DNA of 63,015 nucleotides, the filler included, from a bacterium (GTDB lineage Bacteria > JAMOTN01): the NCBI GenBank assembly GCA_027062325.1. It is 4 parts of 4 records of this genome, joined end to end, with 100 filler letters (N's around TTAATTAATTAA, not from the genome) between each part and the next. Parts side by side here need not be neighbours in the genome. Positions count along the whole stretch, not along the records: positions 1 to 26,506 come from JAMOTN010000052.1; positions 26,607 to 53,717 come from JAMOTN010000054.1; 2 more parts are not named here. One strand, 5' to 3'. The translations under genes were made by a program, and so were the position numbers. A model generated the notes under the pieces. It did not search any database. It had not been told where the DNA came from and saw nothing but the letters and a program-made list of their open reading frames with translations. Below, piece by piece: positions 20,173 through 29,463 of the stretch (the stretch's first letter is position 1; every line of letters starts with the position of its first letter).

Positions 20173-20260
20173 AAGTCTCGCCTCCTCCAGACGTGAAAGT
20201 ACCCAGCTCCATTCTAATAACTAGTATAATTCGCAGTTCAGAAATTTGGAATTTTTCATT

Positions 20261-20281
20261 AAGAACCACAATCTTTGTCAA
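20261..20281 (-). promoter_or_regulatory. TTGACA followed by an AAGA-N7-TCTT inverted repeat upstream of hydG (candidate operator/promoter)
   Basis: Minus strand reads TTGACAAAGATTGTGGTTCTT; 16/21 identical to 56953-56973 upstream of hydC. Confidence 0.4.
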
Positions 20282-20287
20282 TACCCC

Positions 20288-20325
20288 AAAAAAAACACAA
20301 TCAGTAAAAATTCTGATTATTTTTT
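20288..20325 (-). terminator. Probable terminator after pcrA
   Basis: AATCAG-N8-CTGATT hairpin followed by a T8 run on the minus strand; the stem is weak and AT-rich. Confidence 0.45.
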
Positions 20326-20368
20326 GAGCGGTAAAATAAAAAACAAAAATATGGTATCGATAACATTC

Positions 20369-23329
20369 CTACAAACGAGACTTCCAATCAAGAAACGTAT
20401 CATCCATTTCGTACAAAAATCTAGAAGGCTCTGACAATCTAAAACGTCCATGATAAAAACGACTATTAGCAAAACTAACAAATAACTTCTGACGAGCTCT
20501 TGTCAACGCCACATACATCAACCGTCTTTCTTCTTCTATTTGATCCTCAGTATAACTACGAGAATGCGGCAAGATCCCCTCTTCTGCAGCCACTACAAAT
20601 ACCACATCAAATTCCAACCCCTTGGAAGCGTGTATCGTCATTAAGCTCACACTTGCTCTTTCATCAGTCTCATGAACCAAAGCCATCCTCTCAGCAAATT
20701 CAAGCAGTGAAGCACCTTCCTTTTGAGCTTCAAGAGCATAATCCAGCAATTTATAAACGTTATCAAGTCTTTCATTCCAATCTTTAGGATACTTCGCTTT
20801 CAAATAACTTTCATACTTCGAGTTTTTTAAAACCAATTTCATATAATCGTAAGGCTTACTAGCAGTCTCAACTTTTCTGAAAAATTCCAAGAGTTTCCTC
20901 TGCCGCCCCTTCAGACAACGCTCAATTACCCCTTCAATTCCTCCAAACAAACCATCTTCTTTGAAATTTTCAAGCTCTTTGGCAATTTTCTCAACAGCTT
21001 TTGCTCCAACCCCAACTTTTAAAATTCTAGCTGCTCTCTTCAAAGCCAGCATATCGCGCCTGTTTAAAGTCCAGCGCAAAAAAGAGAGCATATCCTTTAC
21101 CTCTGCTCTATCCCAAAAAGAAGTATCCCCCACTATTCTGTACACTATTCCTCTTTTGGCAAGCTCCCTTTCTAAATCCGCAGATAACCAGTTGACCCTG
21201 TAAAGCACCCCAATACTGTCAAACACATGAGAAAGAATGGATATATTCTCAGCCACAAAAGAGGCTTCTTCTTGGCCCGAATTGAATTCCCAAACTTCAA
21301 CCACTTCAGTTGAAGAGTTATTAGCAACCATCCTTTTAGGAGCACGCATAGTATTATTTTCAATCAAAGAATTTGCCACTTCCACTATTGACTTCGCACT
21401 TCTGTAGTTTTTTGTTAAAAACACCCTCTCCCCACCAAAATCTTTCTCAAACTGCAAAATTTTTTGCCAGTTGGCTCCTCTCCAGGAATATATGGAGTTG
21501 TGAACCACTACACCATTAACAACAAAGTTGTGCACCCCTTTTACCTCAAAATCATAAATTGGCCCTTCATAGCTCTCTATTCCAATACTCTCCACCTTTT
21601 CAGAAACAACTCGGTAATTTTCAGTAGGCACTATCTCCCTTGGAAATACACTTTTACTAGATTTATCAGATTGCTTTTCCACACGCGTTATCAACCCAAT
21701 AAAGCTTCCATTATTCAAATGAGGCTTTACCTCATTCAAAACTCCTTCTTCAACAACAGCAACTTCCATTCCCTTCCTAATGTGCGAAGCTGGCATAAGA
21801 ATAAAAGGCACATTATCTATCAATTTTGCAGCAACAAATAGGTAGGAATCAGATACTGTTGTCGCGGTTTTGGCAAAATCATACAACTTTTTAAAATCAT
21901 ATTGCTCCGATTCATCAACAAGAGCCCAACTTTTATCCCCATGCGAAAAATAAACTGCATGGTGCATTATCCCACCACGCTTTGAATCAAACATGCAAAC
22001 CATAACATATTTAGCCTTTTCCCCAATTGCAACAAAGTGTGGTTCCTCTTCAAATAACAGTTTATCCTGCATAAATTGCCTTGCATTCTCCTCAAGAGAG
22101 ATTGACGCATAAAACTCATCTATTAAATCTTGAGTAATCTTACTGTCCTCCCCCGCTTCAAAAGGCAGGACAGGCAAACCATATTTTACAGAGTAGTGAT
22201 ACATCGTAATAAGTGCTTCTCGATATGTGTCAAATACATCCACGATCCAAACTTTCGAAGCTTGCTCTAATCCCTTTCTCTCCCCTTTCAGATACCAAAA
22301 TGGCTTCTCAACCGCTAAACGCCAACCAACTTTTCTTTTGTACTTCAACATGACCCCCCAACCAGCAGTTGTTGGGATAAACCTCACCCAAATTTTGTGG
22401 TTAGGAGTTACCCTTATTCTTTTTCCAAATTCTGTCTCTATAGCAATTACTTTACCGGCGTATGCATCTACACTAACCTTGGACACCTCAAATCTCCCAA
22501 CTTCAGAATTTCCGGCAGCAGCTATAACATATTCATATTCACGCAAATCTGCAACATTTTTCTTTCCAGAAGACGTAAGTATTTCCCCTTCTACAACGCA
22601 CTGATCATCATCACCAACAACCATTATGGTATCTGCATCACGAGCAAGCTCTTTTACTATTCTGTATTGAATTTCATTAATATCTTGGTACTCATCAACA
22701 AGAACATGCTTAAATTTATGAGGTATTCCCTTTTTTAAAAGTTCAAGTCCCTTTTTTAGCAAATCTGCAAAATCAAGATAGTTATTTGCTTTTTTTACCT
22801 TCTCATACTCAAGCAGTAAATCAGCATACACAGCATAATACGGATCATCTTTTGCATCTTTCAACTCTTGTGAAAGAGTATTGTAAATGAAAGCAAGTTT
22901 AGATCCCTTCTCGTCTAAATTGGCTTTTTTTAAAATCTCATCGAACAGTTGAATCTGCTCATACTCATCTATTATTGTGAAGTTGTAGTTTACTCCAATC
23001 AAATGCCCCCATTTTCTTAAAATTTTTGCACAAAACGAATGAAAAGTTGATAACCAAATTTTATCAACTCCACTTAATCCAAGCCCCTCTACTCGCTCCT
23101 TCATCTCACGAGCAGCTTTGTTTGTAAAAGTCAAACCAACTATGGACTCTGGAGAAACTCCATTTACCAAAAGATAGGCAATTCTGTAAGTAATTACCCT
23201 AGTTTTTCCACTTCCTGCCCCTGCAAATACAACTAAACTCCTTCCAGAATAAAATACTGCCTTTTGCTGCTCATCATTCAGAAGAGCTTTTATTTTATCT
23301 ACAACCTCTTCTCTCTGTAATTCCAGCAA
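20369..23329 (-). CDS. pcrA: UvrD/PcrA-family SF1 DNA helicase, interrupted by an intein
   Basis: AGAGSGKT, TFTNKAA, DEYQD, VGDDDQ/SIYSWRGA, NYRS, TIHASKGLEF, EERRLMYVALTRA. TTG start at 23329 after GGAGGAG. Confidence 0.93.
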   Translation of the reverse strand: MLELQREEVVDKIKALLNDEQQKAVFYSGRSLVVFAGAGSGKTRVITYRIAYLLVNGVSPESIVGLTFTNKAAREMKERVEGLGLSGVDKIWLSTFHSFCAKILRKWGHLIGVNYNFTIIDEYEQIQLFDEILKKANLDEKGSKLAFIYNTLSQELKDAKDDPYYAVYADLLLEYEKVKKANNYLDFADLLKKGLELLKKGIPHKFKHVLVDEYQDINEIQYRIVKELARDADTIMVVGDDDQCVVEGEILTSSGKKNVADLREYEYVIAAAGNSEVGRFEVSKVSVDAYAGKVIAIETEFGKRIRVTPNHKIWVRFIPTTAGWGVMLKYKRKVGWRLAVEKPFWYLKGERKGLEQASKVWIVDVFDTYREALITMYHYSVKYGLPVLPFEAGEDSKITQDLIDEFYASISLEENARQFMQDKLLFEEEPHFVAIGEKAKYVMVCMFDSKRGGIMHHAVYFSHGDKSWALVDESEQYDFKKLYDFAKTATTVSDSYLFVAAKLIDNVPFILMPASHIRKGMEVAVVEEGVLNEVKPHLNNGSFIGLITRVEKQSDKSSKSVFPREIVPTENYRVVSEKVESIGIESYEGPIYDFEVKGVHNFVVNGVVVHNSIYSWRGANWQKILQFEKDFGGERVFLTKNYRSAKSIVEVANSLIENNTMRAPKRMVANNSSTEVVEVWEFNSGQEEASFVAENISILSHVFDSIGVLYRVNWLSADLERELAKRGIVYRIVGDTSFWDRAEVKDMLSFLRWTLNRRDMLALKRAARILKVGVGAKAVEKIAKELENFKEDGLFGGIEGVIERCLKGRQRKLLEFFRKVETASKPYDYMKLVLKNSKYESYLKAKYPKDWNERLDNVYKLLDYALEAQKEGASLLEFAERMALVHETDERASVSLMTIHASKGLEFDVVFVVAAEEGILPHSRSYTEDQIEEERRLMYVALTRARQKLFVSFANSRFYHGRFRLSEPSRFLYEMDDTFLDWKSRL
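21497..22600 (-). mobile_element. Intein (368 aa) in helicase motif III of PcrA
   Basis: Splits GDDDQ|SIYSWRGA; begins with Cys (CVVEG); block B TPNH; blocks F/G IYDFEV..HNFVVNGVVVHN; Ser at +1. Confidence 0.95.
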
Positions 23330-23331
23330 CG

Positions 23332-24270
23332 TTACTCCTCCTTCTCCGCCAACATATTGGCAATTTTCCAAGCCATTGAAGAATATTCAAACTCAACATC
23401 CTCATCAAACTTTAGCTCTTTCCCTCCAAGCCCTATTAATACACCCGATAGTATAGCAACAGCAGGTAAGTCTGCCCCAACATCTGAGGCTATTCTATAC
23501 ATTTTATCCTCAAATTCAGCACTGTCACTTGCACTTGAAGCTACCACAAGTGATAAAGGAACAGCACTGTATATACTCTCATCATTTCCTATCATAACAT
23601 CAATCTTTTCCCAATCAGGATCTTTTAAAAATGCTCGTGCTCTCCTAAAATAATCTCTCCACATCCCTGTTGAGCTCTCTGCAAAATTATCCAAGCACTG
23701 AGCCGGTGTCAAACCGTCCCACACAAGATGCATCGCTGTTAAGTAATACGCAACTCCCTTCCACACATCCTCCATAGAGGTAAAATTTGATGCAAAAAAC
23801 ATTGCAACCTCAACAAGAGTTTCAGGATCCTCTATGAAGTAAAGAGCAGGAATTATAGCAGGAAAAATAACTGCTGCCACAAAGCTATCACGAATGGCAT
23901 CCTCAACAGCAGCACCTCTCTTAATGTAAAAACCAAAGTTCAAAAGCGAAGAATCTGGATACCTAAGCTCCTTCTCAAAATCCTCATACCAACTTCCTAA
24001 AGCTATTCCAAAGTCGTCAACTGTAAAATTTCCCGGCATTTTGTCTAAAAACTGATTACCCACGTGAAACATCACACGCACATATTCACTTGCATCACCT
24101 TTTCTTAAAAAACCCAAAGGGGAGGTTGGATACTTGGCAAATCTTCCTTCTTCTTTTACAAACTTTACTATATCCGCGTAAGGAACATCTATAAATCCAT
24201 TTACCAACGCATCAGCTACAACAGCATTTTTTAAAGCTGCTTCATATTTGTGGTATTTATCAAAATCCAT
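23332..24270 (-). CDS. ADP-ribosylglycohydrolase-fold protein with apparently degenerate catalytic motifs
   Basis: AVVADAL resembles the GDALG motif; GADLPAVAILSGVLIG resembles GDTDT..AIAGAL.G; 312 aa. Confidence 0.5.
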   Translation of the reverse strand: MDFDKYHKYEAALKNAVVADALVNGFIDVPYADIVKFVKEEGRFAKYPTSPLGFLRKGDASEYVRVMFHVGNQFLDKMPGNFTVDDFGIALGSWYEDFEKELRYPDSSLLNFGFYIKRGAAVEDAIRDSFVAAVIFPAIIPALYFIEDPETLVEVAMFFASNFTSMEDVWKGVAYYLTAMHLVWDGLTPAQCLDNFAESSTGMWRDYFRRARAFLKDPDWEKIDVMIGNDESIYSAVPLSLVVASSASDSAEFEDKMYRIASDVGADLPAVAILSGVLIGLGGKELKFDEDVEFEYSSMAWKIANMLAEKEE

Positions 24271-24344
24271 CTCCTTCCCTCCAAAACAGGAAACTTCGAA
24301 ATTTTAACAATGTAAGCTAAACTTAATACGCAAATTTACATCAA

Positions 24345-24539
24345 CTATATACTAACTTTTATAAAAAATTCGATCCACATATCTTCCTTTGTTTCCTTAG
24401 GAAGATATTTAAGAGGCAATACGATACTTTCAAAAGTACCTGGTAAAACCACAACTGCTTTATCACCCTCTATTCTATCAATAGAAGCTTTAATCCAAGC
24501 TAACTCTTCAGACTTAGAAATAAACTCCTTTTCCACCAC
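24345..24539 (-). CDS. DUF3006-family small protein
   Basis: IDRIEGDKAVV...LPKETKE pattern; 64 aa. Confidence 0.7.
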   Translation of the reverse strand: MVEKEFISKSEELAWIKASIDRIEGDKAVVVLPGTFESIVLPLKYLPKETKEDMWIEFFIKVSI

Positions 24540-24548
24540 ATAAACCCC

Positions 24549-25097
24549 CTACAACTTTGACACAATGGATTCAACCCAAGCCAAAACTTTTTCAGACTCT
24601 TCAAAAAGAGAAGAAACCTTATCTCGAACAGAGTCAATCCACTTTATCAAACTGTTTTTAAACTCAGCTGCTCCATTCCATCCGTACCTAGCATACAACA
24701 AAGCTTGTAAAACTGGCTCTAATTTATCTATGAATCGTGCAAAAAATGCTTCCTTACTAGAAACCGTGTGAAATTCATCCCATAATTTATAAATTTCATC
24801 TCCTGCCAGCGTCAAAACAAACTCCGCTTCAACAGGCGCAATTGCCTCTTGTACTTTTTTGTAAATAGACGGAATATCTCCTGTAATTCTCTCAGCAAAT
24901 TCATGCCATATCAACATACGATAAACCCGGCTAGCATCCAAGATAACCGGAAAAGTTGGGAGTAAAACCTCTGCTAGAAATAGCGTCGCAGCCACATGAT
25001 CAGCAATACTCTCATCAGGTGCATATCTCAGCACCCACCCAGTTCTTTTAAGACGCTTCAACCCCACAAACAATTCGTAATTTCTAAACCAATCCAC
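24549..25097 (-). CDS. HD-domain phosphohydrolase (YfbR/HDDC2-like)
   Basis: LKRLKRTGW, ESIADH, HEFAE.ITGDI (HD is HE here), DKLE. Confidence 0.8.
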   Translation of the reverse strand: MDWFRNYELFVGLKRLKRTGWVLRYAPDESIADHVAATLFLAEVLLPTFPVILDASRVYRMLIWHEFAERITGDIPSIYKKVQEAIAPVEAEFVLTLAGDEIYKLWDEFHTVSSKEAFFARFIDKLEPVLQALLYARYGWNGAAEFKNSLIKWIDSVRDKVSSLFEESEKVLAWVESIVSKL

Positions 25098-25140
25098 AGC
25101 TACCCTCTCACCAAACTGTACTCCTCAGCTTATAAACTCC

Positions 25141-25743
25141 CTATATCTCATCATCCAAGTATTCTTCCTCATCTTCTTCATTTTCTTCGTCTTCCTCAGT
25201 CTCAACATCATCAACCTCTTCCTCATCCTCTCCTATAACTTTTCCTTCTTCCTCTTCCTCATCTATATCTATCTCTTCAATATCTTCATCTATTATCTCT
25301 TCCCCTTCTATTCCCTCTATTTGGGAGTAATCTACAAGTTCAAATTCCCCAGGACGTAATATATCAAATTCATCTCCTAAAAGTTCTTTCAACTCTTCCA
25401 TTCCAACGAGTTTTCCTTTGTCCTTACTCATCTTTTCAAAGTAATCCTTTAGAAAAGAAAAATCAATTGTTGGATCTTCCATTATCAAACGTGCTGCAAA
25501 TTCAACATACTTGTCCTCTCGTGGATCAAATCCCTTAAAAAGCTTATCGTATTCGTAATCAATAGGCTCATCTCCAAAATGCATATCCCTTTTCCTCTTT
25601 TCCCATTCGTAAACTTTCCTGTGAATCTGCTTGGCTTTTCTGGCAATCAACAAAATCAACAAATACTTATTTGGCACTTTCTCCAACAACCTATCCAATG
25701 TGTACTTATTCATTCCAACCTCATTGTCAAATGGTGAAATCAA
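25141..25743 (-). CDS. rpoZ: RNA polymerase omega subunit-like protein with long acidic C-terminal extension
   Basis: LDRLLEKVPNKYLLILLIARKAKQI matches the omega N-terminal signature; 200 aa ending in a D/E-rich tail. Confidence 0.7.
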   Translation of the reverse strand: MISPFDNEVGMNKYTLDRLLEKVPNKYLLILLIARKAKQIHRKVYEWEKRKRDMHFGDEPIDYEYDKLFKGFDPREDKYVEFAARLIMEDPTIDFSFLKDYFEKMSKDKGKLVGMEELKELLGDEFDILRPGEFELVDYSQIEGIEGEEIIDEDIEEIDIDEEEEEGKVIGEDEEEVDDVETEEDEENEEDEEEYLDDEI

Positions 25744-25745
25744 CG

Positions 25746-26506
25746 TTAATCCCCTCCCTCTTCAAATACTTCTACCTCAAACTCACGAGCCTTCTCTCCA
25801 AACCAAGCCCCCGTAATTATGAGTAGAACGGGAACCACAAAGAAGAACCAAAACATATGCCAATCCTCTCTTATAAAAGGATACTTATTTATCATTGCTT
25901 TGTAAAGTACAACCTCGGCAGCGAGCATAACAGTCAGAGCATTCGGAATCGGCCAACTACTATGCATCAATTTTAAACCTGCAAATCTGGAGGTTGTGGC
26001 TGGCCAAAATAGGTTACTCCCCATATATCCCAACTGATCCTCCAACACATGAGCCCACCAAGCTGCTACAAAAATACCAGCAGCTTTTAACGAAAACGGT
26101 AAAAGTAAAAAGGCCAAAAATACGGCAAGTGTTAAGCTATGACTCCAGTCCCTATGCCACGGCAAAAATACCATTCTAACCTTATCTCCATCTCTAACAA
26201 ACTCAACATCAGGGCCTGAAAATATGTTTATAACTGTTTCTCCTTCGTAATCATTCATCACCTCAACCGGCAAAATAGCCATTCCCTCTCCCTTAAAGGT
26301 ATCAGGGATTGGAATCCCAGAAGTATCAACTAATTCCGCTATCTTTACCTTAACCACATTATCTTCAAACTGGAAACTCCACTGCCTCCAAAGATCCGCA
26401 GAGTATTTCACAGAAGAGAAGTGAACCCGACATTTACCATTCACATAAGCCTTCTTAACAGCTTCTGCAATCATGTGAGCAACCCGCTTAGGATCCTCAC
26501 CAACAT
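25746..26506 (-). CDS. Membrane metal-dependent hydrolase (YdjM-like), 5'-truncated at the contig edge
   Basis: HRDWSHS and HVLED motifs within TM helices; the frame is open to the gap. Confidence 0.65.
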
Positions 26507-26606
26507 NNNNNNNNNNNNNNNNNNNNNNNNNNNNNNNNNNNNNNNNNNNNTTAATTAATTAANNNNNNNNNNNNNNNNNNNNNNNNNNNNNNNNNNNNNN
26601 NNNNNN
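26507..26606. other. Artificial contig spacer
   Basis: 44 N + TTAATTAATTAA (stops in all six frames) + 44 N. Confidence 0.97.
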
Positions 26607-26965
26607 CCCCCCCCATTATCAAGGTATCCCCCTTTAAATACGATCCAGAAGATGTAAACGTATACGAATTAAAACTTCCTGTTCCAGAACCTCAATTAGA
26701 ATACGCTGTCTTAAAAGAACCACTTTTCTCTCCCGTTAACTTACGAGTGGAACCGAAAGGTGACAGTGTTAGAGTTGTATTCAAATACACTCCAGACAAT
26801 TTCTCAGTTAAAGTCTTTCTTAAAGGAAAAAAAGTGCATTTCACAAATCCACTGGTTTTGAACTTTTACAAACCTACTAATTGGGCAAACTTCGCGGGAT
26901 ATTTTGCAGTTTTTCTTGCAATAGCTATCCTAGCAATATTCTTATGGCGCTCAAGAATTAGTTAA
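26607..26965 (+). CDS. 3' part of a hypothetical protein with a C-terminal TM anchor
   Basis: Frame is open from the contig edge; ends FAGYFAVFLAIAILAIFLWRSRIS. Confidence 0.55.
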
Positions 26966-26980
26966 AAAAGGTCTGCAGCA

Positions 26981-27706
26981 ATGGAAAGTAGCTATAAATT
27001 AGTTGTATCAATTAAAGCAGCTCGACTCATAAATGAAAACCTAGAAAAAATCAGCTCTGCAATTGGTACGCGTATCATTCCAATATTTATTATCTCTTCA
27101 AATCCATATCACCCAGTTAACACTCACAGTGATACCAATGTGCTAAAAATTGATAAAACACTATTTATAAACGCGAACACACGTTTTTACCCAGAAATTC
27201 CATTTAATAAATACACCGTTATAAAAATTCCTCTAGGAAAAAAATGGCCTTTGAGTACTCTTATAAACATTTTCATATCCCGGAAAAAAGTGGCAATTCT
27301 AAATCCCAAAACCTCCTCCCCACTTGTAAAGTCACTTTTAGAAAAGAAATCTTTCACCTTTATTCACACTAAACAGTCGTACGCTGCATGTAGCTGCATA
27401 GAAATAGGAGATACCATAGTCACCTCAGATAAAGGCATATACAAAACCCTTCGTAAAAAAGGCATACCTACCCAGCTATTTTCCTCAAATATAAAGTTGC
27501 CAGGCCCTATAAATACCAAAATTCACACAGGCTTCATAGGCGGTGCATGCTTTAGCTGGCAAAACAATACTCTCTTTTCATTTGGCTACTCAAAAGAATT
27601 ACAAAAAATATGCAGTGAATATAATTTAAAATACATTCCACTGCAATTTCATAATGTTAAAATGAATAATGTCATTTATGATTTTGGCGGAGGAGTGTTC
27701 ATCTGA
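26981..27706 (+). CDS. DUF6873-like (GME-fold) protein
   Basis: HSD, KQSYAACS, IVTSDKGI, GFIGG and C-terminal DFGG motifs. Confidence 0.55.
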   Translation: MESSYKLVVSIKAARLINENLEKISSAIGTRIIPIFIISSNPYHPVNTHSDTNVLKIDKTLFINANTRFYPEIPFNKYTVIKIPLGKKWPLSTLINIFISRKKVAILNPKTSSPLVKSLLEKKSFTFIHTKQSYAACSCIEIGDTIVTSDKGIYKTLRKKGIPTQLFSSNIKLPGPINTKIHTGFIGGACFSWQNNTLFSFGYSKELQKICSEYNLKYIPLQFHNVKMNNVIYDFGGGVFI

Positions 27707-27720
27707 TAAAATAGAGTGCT

Positions 27721-29463
27721 ATGAGTGATCCAACAGTTACAAAATTTACCGAAAAGATCTTATACCTGAATGAACGTGAATTTATCGAATACTTAACTGA
27801 AGTCCTTTCTTCAATAAGCCCCTCCTGGCATCTCATAGCTAAACTGCCGGGATCAAATTCAGGTATTTCACGGGGTATTCCTTCTTCTGCTCTCGAAAGT
27901 ATAAAGTTGTTTATTGACAGCGAAGAGGTAATGATTATAAAGTGCATCCCAGAAGTCAAGGACTTTCTCGAAGAGTTAATCCCAGTAATAAAGCTTAAGT
28001 ATCTCCAACTCAAAACTCAAAAGAACCTTGAGATCTCAAAGAAACACATTTCAAGCCTATCAACTATAATAAAAAGCTTATCTTCAAATGTGGAAAGTTC
28101 ACACCTACTAAAAGACATTCTCATGTACGCAGTGGAGCTGGTTAAAGCAGATCACGCAGCATTGTTCCTAAAAGATAAAGAAAAACTTATCCCTACAGCA
28201 ACTTACAACGTAGCTGAAGAACTAACTTATCACATTGGAGAAAGCCTAGTAGGTTGGGTCGCCAAAACATCAACACCCATATTTGTAAAAGACACAAGTA
28301 AAGACAACCGTTTTAAACCAAAAGCAGGCCTCACTATAAAAAGTGACATTTCTGTTCCTCTCACTGTAAAAAATAAAGTAGCAGGAGTTTTATCTGTGGG
28401 AAAAAGCAGCACCTACTTCTCTGATGAGGATTTTGAAATAATGCTAAACTATGCAAATGCAGCCTCGGCTGTTTTAAACTTTTTAAAGCTACTTTCAGAA
28501 CAAAAGCAGTTGGTGTGGGATCTGGAGTTACTATTTAAAACCTCCACTCATATCTTCTCGGGAAATGTAAACTCAATAATTTCAAGAACAGCCTCACTTG
28601 CTATGGAAGCACTTGAGTGTAAACACTGCAGCATAATCGTTTTGAAAAATGAATCAATAATTGACAGGCAATTATCTGTTGGACTCACACATCCTGTAAC
28701 AACTGTCGAAGAAACCCGTCTCTTGAAAAAATTAATTGAGATAAAAAAACCTATAATACTGAATTCTCTCTCCGATTGGAAAAAATTGGACCTTGAACCA
28801 TCCTCGAATTACTCATCTCTGAATCTAATAGCAACTCCAATGCTAGTTGAGAACCAAATAATCGGCGCAATATTTGCAACAGATAAGATAAACCCTCCAT
28901 TTTCTCCACAAGATCTTCATCTTTTAACAACTCTTGCCACCTATGCAGCAGCAGCAATAATAAAGAGCAAATTAGAAACCGAAACTTACGTTGACCCGTT
29001 AACTCAAACTCACAATAGACGTTACCTTGAAAAGATAGCTCTAAGTATAAACAGCCGAGCAAAAGGAGGCGAACGCTTTTCCATAATAATGGTTGACATA
29101 GATCATTTCAAAAAAATCAACGACACGTATGGTCACCAAATGGGTGATAACATACTTCAACTGGTAAGTTACACCTTTAAAACCATGCTTCGCGAAAACG
29201 ACACAATCATTCGCTACGGCGGGGAAGAATTTTTGCTTATTCTTCCTAAAGCTGACAAGGCTAGCGCTTTTCACATTATGGAGAGAATAAGACAACAGCT
29301 TTTCAAATTCTCACAAGGCCGTTTCGGACTTGAAGTTACCTTAAGTGCCGGCATTTGTGAAATGCCAAGTGAAGCAGAATATCTTGAAGAAGCCATTAAG
29401 ATAGCAGATGACAGACTCTACACCGCCAAAAATACAGGACGCAACAAGGTGATAATCGAATGA
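27721..29463 (+). CDS. GAF-GAF-GGDEF diguanylate cyclase
   Basis: Two GAF domains; DPLT, DIDHFKKINDTYGH, RxxD I-site (REND), GGEEF. Confidence 0.93.
   Translation: MSDPTVTKFTEKILYLNEREFIEYLTEVLSSISPSWHLIAKLPGSNSGISRGIPSSALESIKLFIDSEEVMIIKCIPEVKDFLEELIPVIKLKYLQLKTQKNLEISKKHISSLSTIIKSLSSNVESSHLLKDILMYAVELVKADHAALFLKDKEKLIPTATYNVAEELTYHIGESLVGWVAKTSTPIFVKDTSKDNRFKPKAGLTIKSDISVPLTVKNKVAGVLSVGKSSTYFSDEDFEIMLNYANAASAVLNFLKLLSEQKQLVWDLELLFKTSTHIFSGNVNSIISRTASLAMEALECKHCSIIVLKNESIIDRQLSVGLTHPVTTVEETRLLKKLIEIKKPIILNSLSDWKKLDLEPSSNYSSLNLIATPMLVENQIIGAIFATDKINPPFSPQDLHLLTTLATYAAAAIIKSKLETETYVDPLTQTHNRRYLEKIALSINSRAKGGERFSIIMVDIDHFKKINDTYGHQMGDNILQLVSYTFKTMLRENDTIIRYGGEEFLLILPKADKASAFHIMERIRQQLFKFSQGRFGLEVTLSAGICEMPSEAEYLEEAIKIADDRLYTAKNTGRNKVIIE

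Noticed and set aside
20369..24270. Anti-phage defence system (helicase plus ADP-ribosyl hydrolase)
   Set aside because: The helicase is an ordinary PcrA in a housekeeping context, with no toxin, ADP-ribosyltransferase or mobility genes nearby.
25141..25320. TCx-rich low-complexity DNA resembling a microsatellite
   Set aside because: It is the coding sequence of the Asp/Glu tail of the omega-like protein.
26507..26606. Recurring TTAATTAATTAA palindrome in N runs (also 53718-53817 and 58508-58607)
   Set aside because: Identical 100-nt artificial six-frame-stop spacers joining contigs. ORF ends reading 'XXXLIN' are artefacts, and gene adjacency across the spacers means nothing.
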